A DNA stretch of 62,989 nt, filler included, from Octopus bimaculoides (Eukaryota): assembly GCF_001194135.2 (NCBI RefSeq). It is 6 parts of 5 records of this genome, joined end to end, with 100 filler letters (N's around TTAATTAATTAA, not from the genome) between each part and the next. Parts side by side here need not be neighbours in the genome. Positions count along the whole stretch, not along the records: positions 23,245 to 38,363 come from NC_068998.1; positions 38,464 to 50,586 come from NC_068994.1; 4 more parts are not named here. One strand, written 5' to 3'. The notes under the pieces were generated by a model. The model ran no database searches, was not told the origin of the DNA, and saw only the letters and a program-made list of their open reading frames with translations. The stretch's first letter is position 1, and each line of letters starts with the position of its first letter. A program made the translations under genes and the position numbers. Shown one piece after another: positions 26,252-39,966 of the stretch.

Positions 26252-27479
26252 AACCACATCTCACCTTCACCACGACTCTCCCTCTACCTGTCCTTTCATT
26301 TATCCCCTTCATTTTATAACTCTAATACATATTTTGCACTTTATTATATTCCTGATACTGCTGTTGTATCGATTCTCTCAGTAACTGTCATTGTCTCTCT
26401 CTCGCTCTTTCTCACTATTTCTCTGTTTTACACTCGCTCTCACACTTCCTCTCTCTCTCTGTCTCTGTACTTCTTTCTCTCTTACGACTCAGCCATTTAC
26501 TCCCTCTCATAAGCTCCCTCTTCTGTGAGTATGAACTGTTTTTTCTCTCATTGTATGCGTGTAGAATATTCTTTACTCATTGCTTCTCTCTAAGCCATGT
26601 ATGCGTACCCCTCCAGCATCCCACATGTTTTCCCCTTCACTCTATACGATGTAAAGCGTGGCTGGGGGAATCAATCATCCTGCCAGCTTGCATTTGCATT
26701 AGCTATCATATGAATAAATATGTGAATATATACATACGTGTGTGTGTGTGTGTGTCTGTGCATGTTTGTGTTTATTAAGTGTAGATGGATACATACACAT
26801 TTATTCATTGCCATCGTTAAGCTAATCCCAGACGTTAAATTACGATGTTTTCAGTAAATAACGTTAGAACGAGAAAGCTGGAACCATTGGTTATGTTTTA
26901 TAAATTTTAGCAGATGTTTTTTAGGATGTTTTTGTTGTTGTTTTAAGGGGGGGGGGTTCTATAGAAATATTGCACACAATGTAAAAAAATCATCAAGAAC
27001 AACTAGATGTGCTGTAAATAAATGGCATTTCTCATTAAAGATACTGTTTATACAAGGAAATGATATTGCCTTAGAAGCCAGTAATTTTTATCGCAAATGT
27101 ATACACGTGCTTACGTATGATTCTTTTACTTACAGACATATGCGACCCTAGATAAACACAAAAATATACTATAATCCCACTTGTATCCGGGGTGCTTTTA
27201 AGCCATATTTAATCGACTCCCATACGTCACTGTTATTTCATTTTATCAGCCTACGTTCTCAGCAGGATTTGTGTTAAATTACTCCAGAAGTTGTGTGTTC
27301 TGTCTCCTTTACTGTAGGTAGAAAAAATAATTAAGTTCAGAAGTTCCACAGCCCGCAAGATATGTTGCTTCGAGTACTGAGTACTGATAAATATATTTAC
27401 CTTAGCTTTCTATAGTTTAAAGTTTTTTTGTATTAGATCATTAGTGTACATAACGTACACACATACACGTACTAAGTAT

Positions 27480-27722
27480 CCCAACAAAAGCATATATTTT
27501 TCATTTTATCTCCCACATTGACTACACACGTACACATACGCAAATACATATATATGTGCGTGTGTGCTTGTATATATATATATACTCATATATATATTTA
27601 TGTATATACACATACGTACATAAATACATACAAACATGCATATGCACATACATGCATGCATACACACATACATACATATATCAACACACACACACATAAT
27701 TATATATGTATTTGTATATGCC

Positions 27723-27769
<47 letters not shown>

Positions 27770-27888
27770 NNNNNNNNNNNNNNNNNNNNNNNNNNNNNNN
27801 NNNNNNNNNNNNNNNNNNNNNNNNNNNNNNNNNNNNNNNNNNNNNNNNNNNNNNNNNNNNNNNNNNNNNNNNNNNNNNNNNNNNNNNN

Positions 27889-27932
<44 letters not shown>
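27480..27932. repeat. (TA)n/(CA)n degenerate microsatellite block with an N gap
   Basis: Directly visible. Confidence 0.9.
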
Positions 27933-27934
<2 letters not shown>

Positions 27935-27959
27935 GTGCGCAGATAACTACAACGTTACT

Positions 27960-28488
27960 CAGTGGATAGAGATCACTGGAGATATTGCACAATAGGAGGT
28001 CGGCACAATATACTTTACTCCTCAGAATAAGGGCGCGAAAGGTACGCAGTGATATACACCTGGAAAATCCTGGAAGGACTTGTTCCAAGCCTTAGCATTG
28101 AAAGTTACACAGACCACAGAACGGGATGCAACTGCATGGTGCTAACGATTCCAATTTGCGATCAGGAAACAGGACAAGATACTGCCACAGCTTGAGTTTC
28201 AAGGGTACACAGCTTTCTAATATCCTACTCAAATACTGACAAACCTATATGGGGTAGATGTGGATGTCTTAAAAGCAAAGCTGAATCTCCTCCTGTCAAG
28301 AATTCCGGATGAACCTACCTCGCAGTAGGAAACGCAGATGAAGGCAGTAACAGGAAACTTCTTCATGCACCAAATGTCACACCTGAGAGGAAGTTACAAG
28401 CAGTGCAAGTGTAGCAAAAGTAACAGTGGTGCCCCAACATGGTCGCGGTTCTGGAGTTGGAATTAAAAAGAAAAGAAAAAAAGAAAAA
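27960..28488 (+). mobile_element. CR1/L2-group LINE 3' fragment with A-rich tail
   Basis: Translation LYSSE*GRERYAVIYTWKILEGLVP and NLYGVDVDVLKAKLNLLLSRIPDEP parallels the C-terminal YSLxRRRERY.IIY.WKILEGLVPN and FK.KLD.FL..IPDEP motifs. It ends in TTAAAAAGAAAAGAAAAAAAGAAAA. Confidence 0.8.
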
Positions 28489-28930
28489 TATATATGCATG
28501 TATATATGCAATGTGTGTATGTGCTTGTGTGTGGCGGTATGTATGTTCACAGACAAATGCATACATATTTCATGTGTCGTGCCTCATTTCTGAACGCTCT
28601 CTTTTGCAATAGTCTTGTTTCTATGGCAACACCTTTAATGATTTGTTTACATGGTGTGATTAGTGTCCCTCTGCCTTGAGCTAACATACATTTGGATCTT
28701 CTTATTTGACAGAAGTAAATAGTGAATTCAATTTCTTAAGAAATTTTCTTAAGAAAATATTTCAGCTTACTAGTTCTTAGAACTATAGTTGGCACACACA
28801 ATAGAGACACCTGCAGATAAAGTTTGAAGTTTACTTCTTAGACGTCGTCTATCTAATTAAGGATCTTTCCTTATAATCCATGAAATAGGCAGCAATTGAA
28901 TGTGTTCTAAACTGATTTTATACATAGTTT

Positions 28931-29696
28931 GGATCTAGTTCAAAACGGGGGCACCAGTTTTCATTTATGTTTTATGTAGTGTTTTTGGTACCGAAAGACT
29001 TTCAAACTTCGTATACTTATCTATTTTGTGTTATAGAACAGAAAAAAAACTTTTGTATTCGAAGTTATTTCATGTAAAAAATTGTCTTATTTCGATAATT
29101 TCAACCAATCACTGACAAGTATTCAGCTGTTTACAGTTACTCCTTTGGCAGTTTAAGCGGTTCCTTAGGCAGTTTAAGCGGTGTAAAGCGTATTTAATCT
29201 CCATTACTTTTGACATTTTGCAGAGAGGCAACACACGTGTGTTCGTTTTCCTTCGTTTTATTTTTAATATAATTTCGTTAACATCTGCCTGAACTGTATG
29301 TGTACAACATTTTCCCTAACCATAACCCTAACCCTAACCCTAACCCTAGCCCTAACCCTNNNNNNNNNNNNNNNNNNNNNNNNNNNNNNNNNNNNNNNNN
29401 NNNAATATGCTTCAGCCATTTTTTGACAAGGAAATAATAATTTTATCACCGATAGAATTGTTTCAGAAGCGTTTGTTTATGTAGTCGGCACTTAATGTAT
29501 TCGGCTGAATGGACGTCAGTCATTGGTTGAAATTACAGAAATACGACAACTTTAACATGAAATAAGTTGCAATATAATAATTTTTCTTAAGAAGACTAAG
29601 AGAAAAAGACGTTTTATATGACACATTCTACCAGTGTCCCAAGTTTCAAAGTGTTTCGTTAAGAAAATACTGGCGCCCCCGTTTTGAACTAGATCC
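28931..29696. mobile_element. MITE with long imperfect TIRs and 8-bp TSD (hAT- or Merlin-like)
   Basis: The left end GGATCTAGTTCAAAACGGGGGCACCAGT and right end ACTGGCGCCCCCGTTTTGAACTAGATCC differ by 1 of 28 nt. CATAGTTT is duplicated at 28923-28930 and 29697-29704. Weaker inner inverted similarity includes TTCAACCAATCACTGAC / GTCAGTCATTGGTTGAA. Confidence 0.9.
29314..29359. repeat. Interstitial (CCCTAA)n telomere-type repeat inside the MITE
   Basis: CCCTAACCATAACCCTAACCCTAACCCTAACCCTAGCCCTAACCCT running into an N gap. Confidence 0.95.
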
Positions 29697-31215
29697 CATA
29701 GTTTATATCATTGGCGGTTAGTGAAACCATAAAGCAAAAAAAAAAAAAAAATAGCACGTAAGAAGCGAATTTTAAATGTTGATAACAGTAAAGTACACAT
29801 TCCTCTCAAGCGTACTAGTTCTAACTGTATTCTTATTGATAATAATGAAGACAACGAAACTACAACTATTACTACTATAATAAGGAGTGCTAACTCGAAT
29901 AATAACCATAAATATAAAATGCAACACGTCTCATTTTAAATAGAGACGAAAACAGATAGGTTCGGTAATAAAACTTCGAAAGCAAATAAAGGCAAATTTT
30001 TATCTACGAACCCGCGCTGCTCGAGATACGAAAACAAAAATAACACACGGTGTGCTGCCAAAAAGATAACTCTGAACAGGCAGACCCATCTAATGTCACT
30101 GCCCAAGCGAAAAAAAAAATTCCAAAAGCGAACGGTGGAGAGATGCCGATGTCATCGAAGTGTTTCGTGCATTCTGCACTGCAAAACTATCCTGGGGAAA
30201 CACAGGGGTAACAAAACAAACATACCAAATATGGAGAAGAAATGATGATAGAATAGGAAATATCTCGGAGAATACTCTTGCAAATGTCCGGTCTTTTGTT
30301 AATTTTTTTTTTTTGGCAAACAATTAACATTAGTTGGATGTCTTTGAGAGTGATGCTAGTAACTTTTCGTCCTCAGTAATGTAATACAAGGTAGGAAACA
30401 GATGCATGACGTAGTAATTCACTTGCTCCACTCTACATCGAATTAAGTAATACATACTAAGTAGTACATGTTTTCGTTTAAGACGCCTACGATGTTTAGC
30501 ACTTATTGTCGGATTTTATTGTAGTTTTCTTCTACGATTGCAATTTGATTCACTTTTTCCCATGTAATTTTAATATTTTTTTTCCTTCAAATAAGTTCTG
30601 TTATGAGACGATATGTGAAGTGTTAGTGCTTTTCATTTGTAAGGTGAAAAAAAGCCTATGGAACTTCGGAAATGCAAAAATATGTTTCGTTGCATTTTTT
30701 CTCATCTGGCCTCTGGCTCATTTTCCTTCTGGCAAAACCGTGCTTCTTATTTTTACATAGAATTTTCAAGCTTTTTTATTCAGCTAGATTTGTTGGGTGC
30801 AGTTAAAACTAGAAAAAAAGAGGAGGCAAGATTTGTATATTTATTGTTCATATTAAACATTGTAAACTTCAGCTTTGCAGCACATGGATCGGTACGATGT
30901 TGCTATCTCTATTATACATAGATGTGCCGTTACCGAACACATTGGTGTTATTGCCATTAAAAACATTATTACCATTCGAAAGTGCATACACTACTTGTAT
31001 TAGGTGTAATGCTTTTTTAAAAAAATTATGTATGTAAGTATTCCCTGGACCCACCTTTAAATTTCATATCTTTGCTTAGGTGAGTAATCTATATTGCCAT
31101 CATAATCACGTAGATCTCCCACCTGAAAAAATATATGGAATATTATGTCATTTACAAATAAGGAAAAAATTAATTATTTGTCTTAGAATCTTTTACGTTG
31201 TAAAATTTTATTTCG

Positions 31216-31428
31216 TTTCAAATTTTGGCACAGGGCCAGCAAGTTCAGGGAGTATGCAATTCGATTGCATCAACGCTAGTACCGAACTGGTACTTGTTTT
31301 ATAGACTCCAAAGGAATGGAAGGCAGACTCGACCTCGGAGCAACATGAGCGAGGGATGGAAAGTCGAACGAAATGTTGCTAAGTATTTTTAGCCTGTCGT
31401 GCTAACCATTAAACTAGCTCGCCACGCT
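31216..31428 (-). mobile_element. Degenerate family 1 SINE
   Basis: Tail TTTCAAATTTTGGCACAGGGCC, core AACTGGTACTTGTTTTAT, head CGTGCTAACC...GCTCGCCAC. Confidence 0.75.
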
Positions 31429-32156
31429 ATTTCAAATTTGTATTAACACTCTTACGGTTTTTGACAGACACTCGGTGTTATTTGGATCTTACTGTCTTGC
31501 TTGAATAAATCATAGAAGACTAGTAAACTGGTGTTTTATCCGTATCTAAGTCTTGTATATCTAATGTCCTTTTCTTTTTGTTACAGAGACAGGAATGTGA
31601 TCGGAAAATGATTTGGCTGCTATGCCTTGTAGGACATGCGTTCGCAAACAGGTTCTCTTTTACGTCTTCATCGTTGTTAATATCATTCTTATTGTTAAAA
31701 TTACTGTTCTTTCCTTATATCTATCAGTATTTAATGTATAGCTGGTGCTTTTATTATTGTGCATTATGCCTGCCGCTGAAAATGCTTTGTAGACACAAGA
31801 AACAGCTAATATATTTTTATTGTCTATTTCCAGTTTCTTCGTAATTCTCAGAGAATGAAAAGAACTATTTTATTACAGCAATACCCAAGTGACAATAACA
31901 AACAAACCGTTTTTAAGTAACGTAGTTTTAACAAAAAAAAAATGCCATTCAATAGTTTATTTAGAATTTCTTTATGCTTTCGCATGCCAATAAAAATTCT
32001 GCTTTTGCGAAAGATTTTTTTTATTCCACGAGTTTGAAATATAGAGTTTCAAAGCATGCATATGGATCCAAGAAAGGAAAACAACTATTTATTTTAAAAT
32101 TTTACAAGGATTTCTTTATACTTGGAGAATTTATGATGATGCTAATAATAATGACA

Positions 32157-32190
<34 letters not shown>

Positions 32191-32239
32191 TAACGTTGAT
32201 TATTCTTTCAAATATGTTATTTCTCTTTCTCAATATAAG

Positions 32240-32657
<418 letters not shown>

Positions 32658-33084
32658 TTATCATTATTATTATTATTATTATTATTATCATTATTGGTAT
32701 TATATTTGCCACGGGGAACATCGAACGCTCCTGGTAAGCTCTTTTGAAACATTTCTTTATATCCGTTCGTGCCTATATTCGGTTTACATTTTGTTCCAAG
32801 TTGTTAATAAAAACACCAGGATCCTGTCATTGTGTTTCTGTTTCTTTTTTTTTTGTTTTTGGCCCCCTCGCCGGGCTATATTTCTTTGTATGCTATGAGT
32901 GTTAGCCGAATTACTTAATGCTATTACGTAATCCGGAACCCTAAGGCTGCCGATGTCGTAAATTGAACACTCCCTCTCAATGTGCTTGTTTCTGGATATG
33001 ATAGCAAACATATATTCATTGGCTCTCCTCACGAGCACCTAATTCGGTGTTTTCGTATTGGTGACTTTGGGTAAACCGTATCAG

Positions 33085-33652
33085 AAATTCCTGGAACGTT
33101 CCGAGGGGGATGAATCACTTCATGGAAAATTCCGGAGAGACAAATCACTTCATGGAAAATTTCGAGGGGGGGGGGGACTAATCACTTCCTGGAATGTTCC
33201 GATGGGGGAAGATCACTTCCTGGAAAGTTCCGTGGGGCGACAAATTACTACCTGGAAAGTTGCGAGGAGGGACAAATTAATTTCGGGAAAGTTCCGTGGG
33301 GCGACGATTTACTTCCTGAAAAGTTACGAGGCAAGAGGAAGGGGAGGAATTAGTTCCTAGAATGTTCCAAGGGAGTAAATTACTTCATGGAAAGTTCCGG
33401 GCGTAATTAATTCCTGGAAATATCCGGGGGATAAATTAGTTCCTGCAAAGTTCCGATGGGAGAGGAAGGAGAGAAAGTACTTCCTGGAAAGTTCACTGAG
33501 GGGGACAACTTACTTACTGAAAAGTTCCGAGGGGGAACAAAATACTTCCTGGAAAGTTCCGAGAGGGGATTATACCCTAGAAATTTCAGGGGAGGCGGTA
33601 AATTACATCCTGGAAAGTTCCGAGGGGGAGCAAATTACTTCCTGAGTGTTCC
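33085..33652. repeat. Minisatellite, ~18 units of ~27-41 bp with core AATTACTTCCTGGAAAGTTCC plus a G-rich linker
   Basis: Units counted by eye; the 15-nt core is conserved while the linker varies in length. Confidence 0.92.
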
Positions 33653-34400
33653 AAGTATCCATGCTGTTCAGTAGCTAATAATTTGTTCAGTTTTAAACAA
33701 TACTATGTTTTCGCGAATTAAATGCTAGTTAGTAACTTCTATAACGTATTGAGACACGAGATAGGTGGATAACCCCTTCTGCGCTTTTGTCTACACAGGT
33801 TTTCAAAATAAATTCGTTCGTAACGCAACCACAGACTAGGATTAACATTCCTGAAATACCAACCATAAACTTATCAAGTTTCATTCCATCTGTTACACGA
33901 TTTTATCACACACATGCACACACTCACAAGCGAGCGCACGCACACACACAGAAACAGACAGACACACACACTGACTCTCTCTATCTATGTCTCTCCTTCC
34001 CTCTATTTCTCCAGAGTTTTATCTATCTCTGCCTTTCACTCTCGTACTTTTTTCCTATCTTTTGTTCTATTTCTCCAACGCTCCGATGCCACTTCACAGG
34101 TATTCTGCTTAGTTGGTGATTTCACATTTTACTTCTGTTCAATTTATTTAGTGGAATACGTACTTAGCACAATACAAAATGGCTGACACTTTATTATGAG
34201 GAGATAATCGCGGCACAAAAGAATTCTCCACAAAAATGTTCTCTTTCAATTTGAGCGTTAAATTACCGACATGAATTAGCTTCTCATTTCATTTCTAAAA
34301 TGAATACATCTAAATTGATACTTACGTACATACAAAGCGTATATATATACATACATACATATATAAATATATATATGGAAACATATAAGTACATTGAGAA

Positions 34401-34471
<71 letters not shown>

Positions 34472-34633
34472 NNNNNNNNNNNNNNNNNNNNNNNNNNNNN
34501 NNNNNNNNNNNNNNNNNNNNNNNNNNNNNNNNNNNNNNNNNNNNNNNNNNNNNNNNNNNNNNNNNNNNNNNNNNNNNNNNNNNNNNNNNNNNNNNNNNNN
34601 NNNNNNNNNNNNNNNNNNNNNNNNNNNTATATA

Positions 34634-34683
<50 letters not shown>

Positions 34684-35925
34684 GAAAATGTCTAAGACAT
34701 AACCAATAAAATATGAACATAAAATTAAAAATAAGCATAACGATTGAATACGAGAATAACGGTATAATGTTCAGTAGAGCTACTGAATGATTGAGATAAA
34801 TTTTGTGTTCCAATATCATTTAAAAGGATGTTGAATAAATGAAAAAAAACGTGTACAATTAGCGTCGAGTTGCTTTTATTAATGAGTTGTAACTAAATAG
34901 GTATTAGTGATTTTGTGTGGAAGTTAACAAAACATTCATGCTCTGATGGGGAGGTAGCAAGAAGAAAGAGAGGTAGGAAGAGATAGACGAGAATGAAGGT
35001 AGAGAGAAAGAGAGAGAAAAAAGAAAGACATATAAAGAGGGAGAGAGACAGACAGAGATTTTAAGTAAATGGAATTTACTTCATTCTGATTGCATGCTTT
35101 GGATTAGTAAATATTTAATTAGGCTGTTAATGTGCTCAGATGAAGTGTTAGCAAAGCTGTTTAGATTTTTTGTTTTCAACCGTATTCTAAAAAGGTTTCT
35201 TGTTTTCATTTTGAATTTTGTTTTTATTTAGTTTAGCTTTTGTTTTTCAGGAAAATCATATTTTCTGAATTAGTTGCAAAATTTTATTTTTACTCTGGTT
35301 TTATTCATTTTTTTTAATTGTAATTTTACTTCAGCTGTCTAAAAGGCCCCACCAGTGTGTAATACAAATAGTAAAAATTTGTGGAAACATATGTAATACA
35401 AGAAACATTTGAAAGCTAACCAACACTAATTTTGCACGCAAGAAGACGAATAATATATGCTGAGCAGCGTATAACACGATAAAATGTACATGCGTTGATG
35501 CGAGGGTAGAATAAATACTGAACAAAAGAACAAAAGGGAAGAGACAGAGAAAGATAGAGTAATAAAGAGTAATTCTATCTCGTACACATTTAGGCATGTG
35601 TTCATACAGATGCAAACATGTGAACATATGCGGCCGTCTGTGTGCATATGTGAGCGTGTATGTAGAGAGAGAGCATACCGCTCTATGTATGATATTTAAT
35701 CATGAGTCAATCTATATATGTCTAAACAACTCACAGTACTTCAGGGAGACAATTTCATAATACTGTCATTCAGTACGAGTTATACCTTTTGTTAAAACAG
35801 TATAAATGAATTATATAATTATATATATATATATCATTATATATATATATACATATATATATATACATACATATATGTGTACATGTGTGTATAGATAGAT
35901 ATATTGACATATACATAGATATTCA

Positions 35926-35999
<74 letters not shown>

Positions 36000-36499
36000 A
36001 ACATGGTATATACAGATGTAGTGTGTGTATGGGTGTGCGTGTTATATATGTGGGTATCTATACATCTTGTATTCATATAAGTTAGAGAAGCTTCGCCAAG
36101 AAGAATCTTCCTAGCGGCTCATTGATCAATATTTTAGAGTGATATAAACAAATATAATGTTATGCAAGCCAGCTGAATTAAAAACAATCGATGCATATAC
36201 ATAGCAATAAACCTGTACTATAATAGGAAACTATTGTGTTTTATGAAAACTCTGTGTATTTAGAAGAATCAAGCATGACATTCTTCATCGAGGTAGCAAA
36301 TAAAAGAAAATTGTTATTAAAGAAAGTTTTGTACACCATAAACAGTGCTTAAGCCTCCGAGTGCAAATATTATGCTGAACGCTTTTAGAATTTGAAACTT
36401 TTGTTTTTCTTCTGTACAGTATTCACATAAGATTTGCGCCAAGAAGTACTCAGGTAACCCGTACGTACAGCTGACTCCCTCTCTCCTTTCACTCTGCAT

Positions 36500-36565
36500 G
36501 TTTATATATCTACATTATATACATATATATATAAACCCACACATATATGTATATATACATTTGTT

Positions 36566-36627
<62 letters not shown>

Positions 36628-37270
36628 CGGGTGTATGTATGTATATATGTGCGTGTGTATTCTATATACATGTGTATATATGTGTGCGTGTGTATATATA
36701 TGCACACACACACATATACATATATATATATACATATNNNNNNNNNNNNNNNNNNNNNNNNNNNNNNNNNNNNNNNNNNNNNNNNNNNNNNNNNNNNNNN
36801 NNNNNNNNNNNNNNNNNNNNNNNNNNNNNNNNNNNNNNNNNNNNNNNNNNNNNNNNNNNNNNNNNNNNNNNNNNNNNNNNNNNNNNNNNNNNNNNNNNNN
36901 NNNNNNNNNNNNNNNNNNNNNNNNNNNNNNNNNNNNNNNNNNNNNNNNNNNNNNNNNNNNNNNNNNNNNNNNNNNNNNNNNNNNNNNNNNNNNNNNNNNN
37001 NNNNNNNNNNNNNNNNNNNNNNNNNNNNNNNNNNNNNNNNNNNNNNNNNNNNNNNNNNNNNNNNNNNNNNNNNNNNNNNNNNNNNNNNNNNNNNNNNNNN
37101 NNNNNNNNNNNNNNNNNNNNNNNNNNNNNNNNNNNNNNNNNNNNNNNNNNNNNNNNNNNNNNNNNNNNNNNNNNNNNNNNNNNNNNNNNNNNNNNNNNNN
37201 NNNNNNNNNNNNNNNNNNNNNNNNNATATATATATATATATATATATACTCAAACACATGTATATGCATA
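36500..37270. repeat. (TA)n/(TAGA)n/(TG)n microsatellites around an N gap
   Basis: Directly visible. Confidence 0.93.
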
Positions 37271-37796
37271 TATATTTATGTATAGTCCTCTCACAATATA
37301 TTAAGGATATTTGGACGCATACACTTTGATAAACATACAAACTAATTTCAGAGCAAATCTCATTTTAGGAGGAATGGTATATATTTTTCTTTTTACGCTA
37401 ACCAGAGATGAAGGGGTCGTGTAAAGGAGAAAAAGTAAGAAAGAGAGAGAGGGGGGAGTGAGTGTGTATGTGTAAGAAAGAAAGAAAAATGAAAGAAGCT
37501 AAGAATAAAGAGAAACCAATGGAGGAAGAAAGAGAGAAGTCATTTTTTTGATTGCAGGAGATGGATAGGTTCTTTCTTGTTTTGACAGTAACGTCGCACA
37601 TATAAAATGAGATGTTTGCAATGATGTGATGTAACTTATTATTCAAGGTTGTTAGCGATTATATGACGTAAGTTATAGCGGAAAATAACGTTAGTTAAGT
37701 AAAGAAAGAAGCGCTAGTGAAAAAAATTTTAAAAAGCATTATAATTCCAGTAAACTGTTGGATAAGCAGTTCTGCAGCTTAAACAAATAAAACAAC

Positions 37797-37820
37797 ATGG
37801 CGTCTATATTTATTTTTAAG
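37797..37820 (+). CDS. Candidate 24-nt first coding exon (MASIFIFK), possibly of the downstream protocadherin
   Basis: AACAACATGG start context, 8 codons, then AAG|GTTTGT donor (phase 0). It is preceded by a CpG-containing stretch with TGACGTAA. Linkage to 38464 is inferred across an artificial join. Confidence 0.3.
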
Positions 37821-38054
37821 GTTTGTCAAAGTCAAATAGGAGATTTATATTCACTATAGATTTAAAAGAAATCATAGTATGCTATGAATCTCGTAGCTAC
37901 CAAGGTCGACGTCGACTTTATCCTTAGTGTTCTTCATTATAATATAAATAGATTATATAATATAAATAATAGACTAGAAATAGGCCTACTCCAACTACAA
38001 CTTCTACTACTGCGAGCGAATAACAGGAATAATAATGATAAGATCGATAGATAG

Positions 38055-38149
<95 letters not shown>

Positions 38150-38161
38150 GAGAAAGAAACA

Positions 38162-38285
38162 TTCGTCTACCAAATCCACTCCCAAAACCTATGTGGGCCC
38201 AAGGCTATAATAGAAGGCCCATGGAAATTGCCACGCAGTGGCACTGAATCCGGAAACATGTTAGTAAGCAAGGTCCTTACCACAT
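38162..38285 (-). mobile_element. Family 2 tRNA-derived SINE head
   Basis: The reverse complement GTGGTAAGGACCTTGCTTACTAACATGTTTCCGGATTCAGTGCCACTGCGTGGC resembles the copy at 49591-49925. Confidence 0.7.
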
Positions 38286-38363
38286 GTGTGTAAATACACA
38301 CACACACACACATATATGTGTATACGTATATATATGGCTATATATATATATATATATATATAT

Positions 38364-38463
38364 NNNNNNNNNNNNNNNNNNNNNNNNNNNNNNNNNNNNN
38401 NNNNNNNTTAATTAATTAANNNNNNNNNNNNNNNNNNNNNNNNNNNNNNNNNNNNNNNNNNNN
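38364..38463. other. Artificial scaffold-join spacer; interrupts the protocadherin gene
   Basis: TTAATTAATTAA at 38408-38419; the reading frame runs open out of the gap. Confidence 0.95.
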
Positions 38464-38832
38464 AACAAGACGTCACCAATGTTCACAGCTGTGCACCTAC
38501 CAAGTGATAACACAATAGATGCCACATTGTTGATTATCATTGTAGTAGCAGCTGTGATAGTATCTATAGCTATTGTGGTTTCTATAACACTGTGTATTGT
38601 GAGATGTAACAATGTGAGAAATAGCTCCTCTGAAAGAACAGCAGAAGAGAAACAGGCATACCAATGTCGCAATGAGATGAGACAGTTGATCTATCAAGGT
38701 AACAACAGTGTACCTGTGATGTCAGGTAATCGAGGAGAGACGTCAGACAGATATGGTCATTCGAGGAGCCATTACTATCCAGAAGACTGGAAGACATCAA
38801 CAATGAACAGAAGTCTTCAAAAGTCTACAAGG
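38464..38832 (+). CDS. Cephalopod-type protocadherin: 3' end of the large exon (juxtamembrane, TM, start of cytoplasmic tail); 5'-incomplete
   Basis: Open from the gap: NKTSPMFTAVHLPSDNTIDATLLIIIVVAAVIVSIAIVVSITLCIVRCNN... It has a single hydrophobic TM ending LCIVRC, and the NKTS..M..AV stretch is what I recall for octopus protocadherins after the last cadherin repeat. AGG|GTAAGT donor, phase 0. No cadherin repeat is visible, so the family call is from the TM and tail only. Confidence 0.75.
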
Positions 38833-38944
38833 GTAAGTATTATTTTTAAAAAACTATCAAAAATAAAATTAAGTACATGTCAATGGTCTAGGAGAATAAG
38901 TAAATGATAGTTGAGGATGGCTTGAAATATTTTTTACCAGCTCT

Positions 38945-39175
38945 TTATATTCTGAGTTCAAATCTAGCCATAGCCTACTCGGGTTGTAGATCTGAATGTG
39001 TCACCAAGTTTAACATCAACTCTTTCTCCTTTAGAGCAATTAGTGGAGGTGATCACTTCCTTTCTCTCCTCACTAAGTGATAAGGAAAGAATAAAAAACT
39101 AGGGTCAGTGCATTTAACTATATCCTAAATTAGGGATTATAGCCATGTGTCTATAGTAGAAACGAATATCATTTA
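38945..39175 (+). mobile_element. Degenerate family 1 SINE in an intron
   Basis: TTCTGAGTTCAAATCT...ATGTGTCTATAGTAGAAACGAATATC. Confidence 0.5.
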
Positions 39176-39966
39176 ACCCTTGTAAATATTTGATAATTAA
39201 TTATTGCCATATGATAAGTAGGGCCTGGAGCTTGAAGTGAGAAATCTCCCTGGAATGCAGCTAGATGACGCCAAGAAGAATGACACTGCCATTATTTCTC
39301 TTCACATCACTGCTGACATCTGACATAAATACTGCTGTCGGATATGAACCATTTCAACTTTATTCCTCTGTTTTCTCTGCAAGACTGCCTATATGAAGGG
39401 GACCAATCTATATGAGCCCTATCAAATTTGAGGCAGTCTTTGTTTTTTCATATTAACGAGTGTCTTGTTGCAGGCAACTTACCCATTTAGTTGAAATCAC
39501 TTTAGCCATGAATACTCTTGTCACCAATATCTTCTGCTTGGACATCATCTGTTGCCATTTCGTGCTTCTTTTCTGACTGGGAATTACTGTCTTCCGGATA
39601 TGTTTTCAGTGTCTACCTCCTTCTAGGACAGACATGGTTCGTATCTGCATCTCTGTTGGTGCTAGCAGCCTTCACACTGGGCTGACAATGCAAAGTCAAA
39701 TTCCTGTAGTGAACCTTCTCTACTTGGAGCTAAGGAAAGCATTGTAGGCAACAATTTGACATGTATAGTTTCACAATCTGCATGAAAGATAGAATGGACT
39801 TAGCAAAGAATCATCAATTTGAACACAGTTAGCATTTTTTAAAATTTATGGTCACAAATTTAGAAATACAAAAGATATTCCAGAAAATTCTTTAGTTAAT
39901 GATGTTATCAAAACAATGACCGTAAACAAATATTTGGATATATAACATCTTATTAATCTTTTACAG

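Noticed and set aside
31587-31632. Strong acceptor followed by signal-peptide-like MIWLLCLVGHAFA
   Set aside because: The donor is weak (GTTCTC), there is no partner exon, and the read-through ORF is low-complexity.
33085-33652. CRISPR array
   Set aside because: The context is eukaryotic, the linkers are short, related and G-rich rather than unique spacers, and no cas genes are present.
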